64,000 nt of DNA from Oscillospiraceae bacterium (GTDB lineage Bacteria; Bacillota; Clostridia; Oscillospirales; Oscillospiraceae). Shown piece after piece: positions 63,501 to 64,000 of the stretch. Positions within the stretch are counted from its first letter, which is position 1. Each line of letters opens with the position of its first letter. Below the pieces are notes generated by a model that did no database searches, had not been told where the DNA came from, and saw only the letters and a list, made by a program, of their open reading frames with translations. The translations under genes and the position numbers were made by a program. The stretch lies in NCBI GenBank assembly GCA_015067465.1, contig SVMK01000002.1:175-64174 (forward strand), given 5' to 3'.

Positions 63501-64000
63501 CTCAATTACGTGGTTTACACCGGTGCGGTCAAGGATGCCACCATGGGCGATTTCATCGCGCTCCACCGCCGCGCCATGCAGCTGGGTATTCCCTGCCTCA
63601 CCAGTCTGGACACCGCAAACGCGTTGGCGGAGATCATTGCAAGCGGTTTCAACCAGCAAAACACGGAGCTTGTGGATATCAACGCGCTGCGCCCGTGGAA
63701 GCAGACGGTGCGCTTTGCGAAGATGCATTCCTGCGGCAACGACTATATCTTCATGGAAAATTTCGATGGCGCGATCACCTGTCCGGAATCGCTGTGCGTC
63801 AGCCTTTGCGACCGCCACTACGGCATCGGTGCCGACGGCATTGTGCTCATTGAGCGCTCCAATGTTGCCGATGCAAAGATGCGCTCTTTCAACCGCGACG
63901 GCAGCGAGGGCAAAATGGCAGGCAACAATATCCGTTGTGTCGGAAAATATCTGTACGACAAGGGCTATGTCCGCAGCGAATATGTTTCGGTGGAAACCGC
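60516..64000 (+). CDS. carB: carbamoyl-phosphate synthase large subunit continuing in frame into a diaminopimelate-epimerase-like sequence; 3' end beyond the window
   Basis: My own translation gives [41 protein letters not shown] at the start and [20 protein letters not shown] at 61440. At 63597-63760 it reads [58 protein letters not shown] with no stop. The ORF track lists no closed plus-strand ORF in this frame, consistent with an open frame to nt 64000. Confidence 0.85.
   Translation, partial: [1161 protein letters not shown]

Noticed and set aside
1-64000. Defence island, prophage, integrative element or toxin-antitoxin system
   Set aside because: I could recognise no integrase, transposase, recombinase, restriction-modification, Cas, abortive-infection or phage structural motifs in any frame. 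The only toxin-like pair is barnase/barstar, which is a classical secreted RNase with its inhibitor.

Overview
GC-rich Firmicutes/Clostridia-type chromosomal segment with short AT-rich intergenic islands. About 50 kb (3.3-54.0 kb) is one flagellar and chemotaxis regulon. It contains a fliD-orf-comFB operon, an orphan Hpt plus response-regulator pair, and a second N-terminally truncated fliD-like gene with fliS. It also holds a cheC-D-Y-A-W-R-B operon, one very large flagellin gene (789 aa), an AraC-family regulator, and a long fliF-to-csrA array. Left flank: a 5'-truncated LMW phosphotyrosine phosphatase, a hypothetical gene, a 3-hydroxyacyl-CoA dehydrogenase-family gene and a secreted barnase/barstar pair. 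Right flank: an arginine cluster of argG, argH, a polar amino-acid ABC transporter, argF, and a carB reading frame that continues without a stop into a dapF-like sequence at the window edge. I saw no rRNA, tRNA, CRISPR array, transposase/integrase or recognisable defence system. The most unusual items are listed here. (1) A ~260 nt array of 9-11 nt tandem units with adjacent AT-rich palindromes and a mini transcription unit, between cheB and the flagellin gene. (2) The apparent CarB-DapF fusion, with no carA upstream. (3) A FliD paralog lacking the conserved N-terminus, with its own sigma-28-type promoter. (4) c-di-GMP parts embedded in the flagellar operon (EAL-HDOD, a PilZ protein where flhF/flhG usually sit, ComFB). 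(5) A CheB whose receiver domain lacks the phosphoacceptor Asp. (6) A flagellin leader with a textbook CsrA hairpin, alongside fliW-csrA. Many long ORFs in the track are antisense artefacts of the high GC content and were rejected. The ORF track uses alternative start codons and often over-extends N-termini. I re-set starts where a Shine-Dalgarno plus homology-consistent N-terminus was visible.
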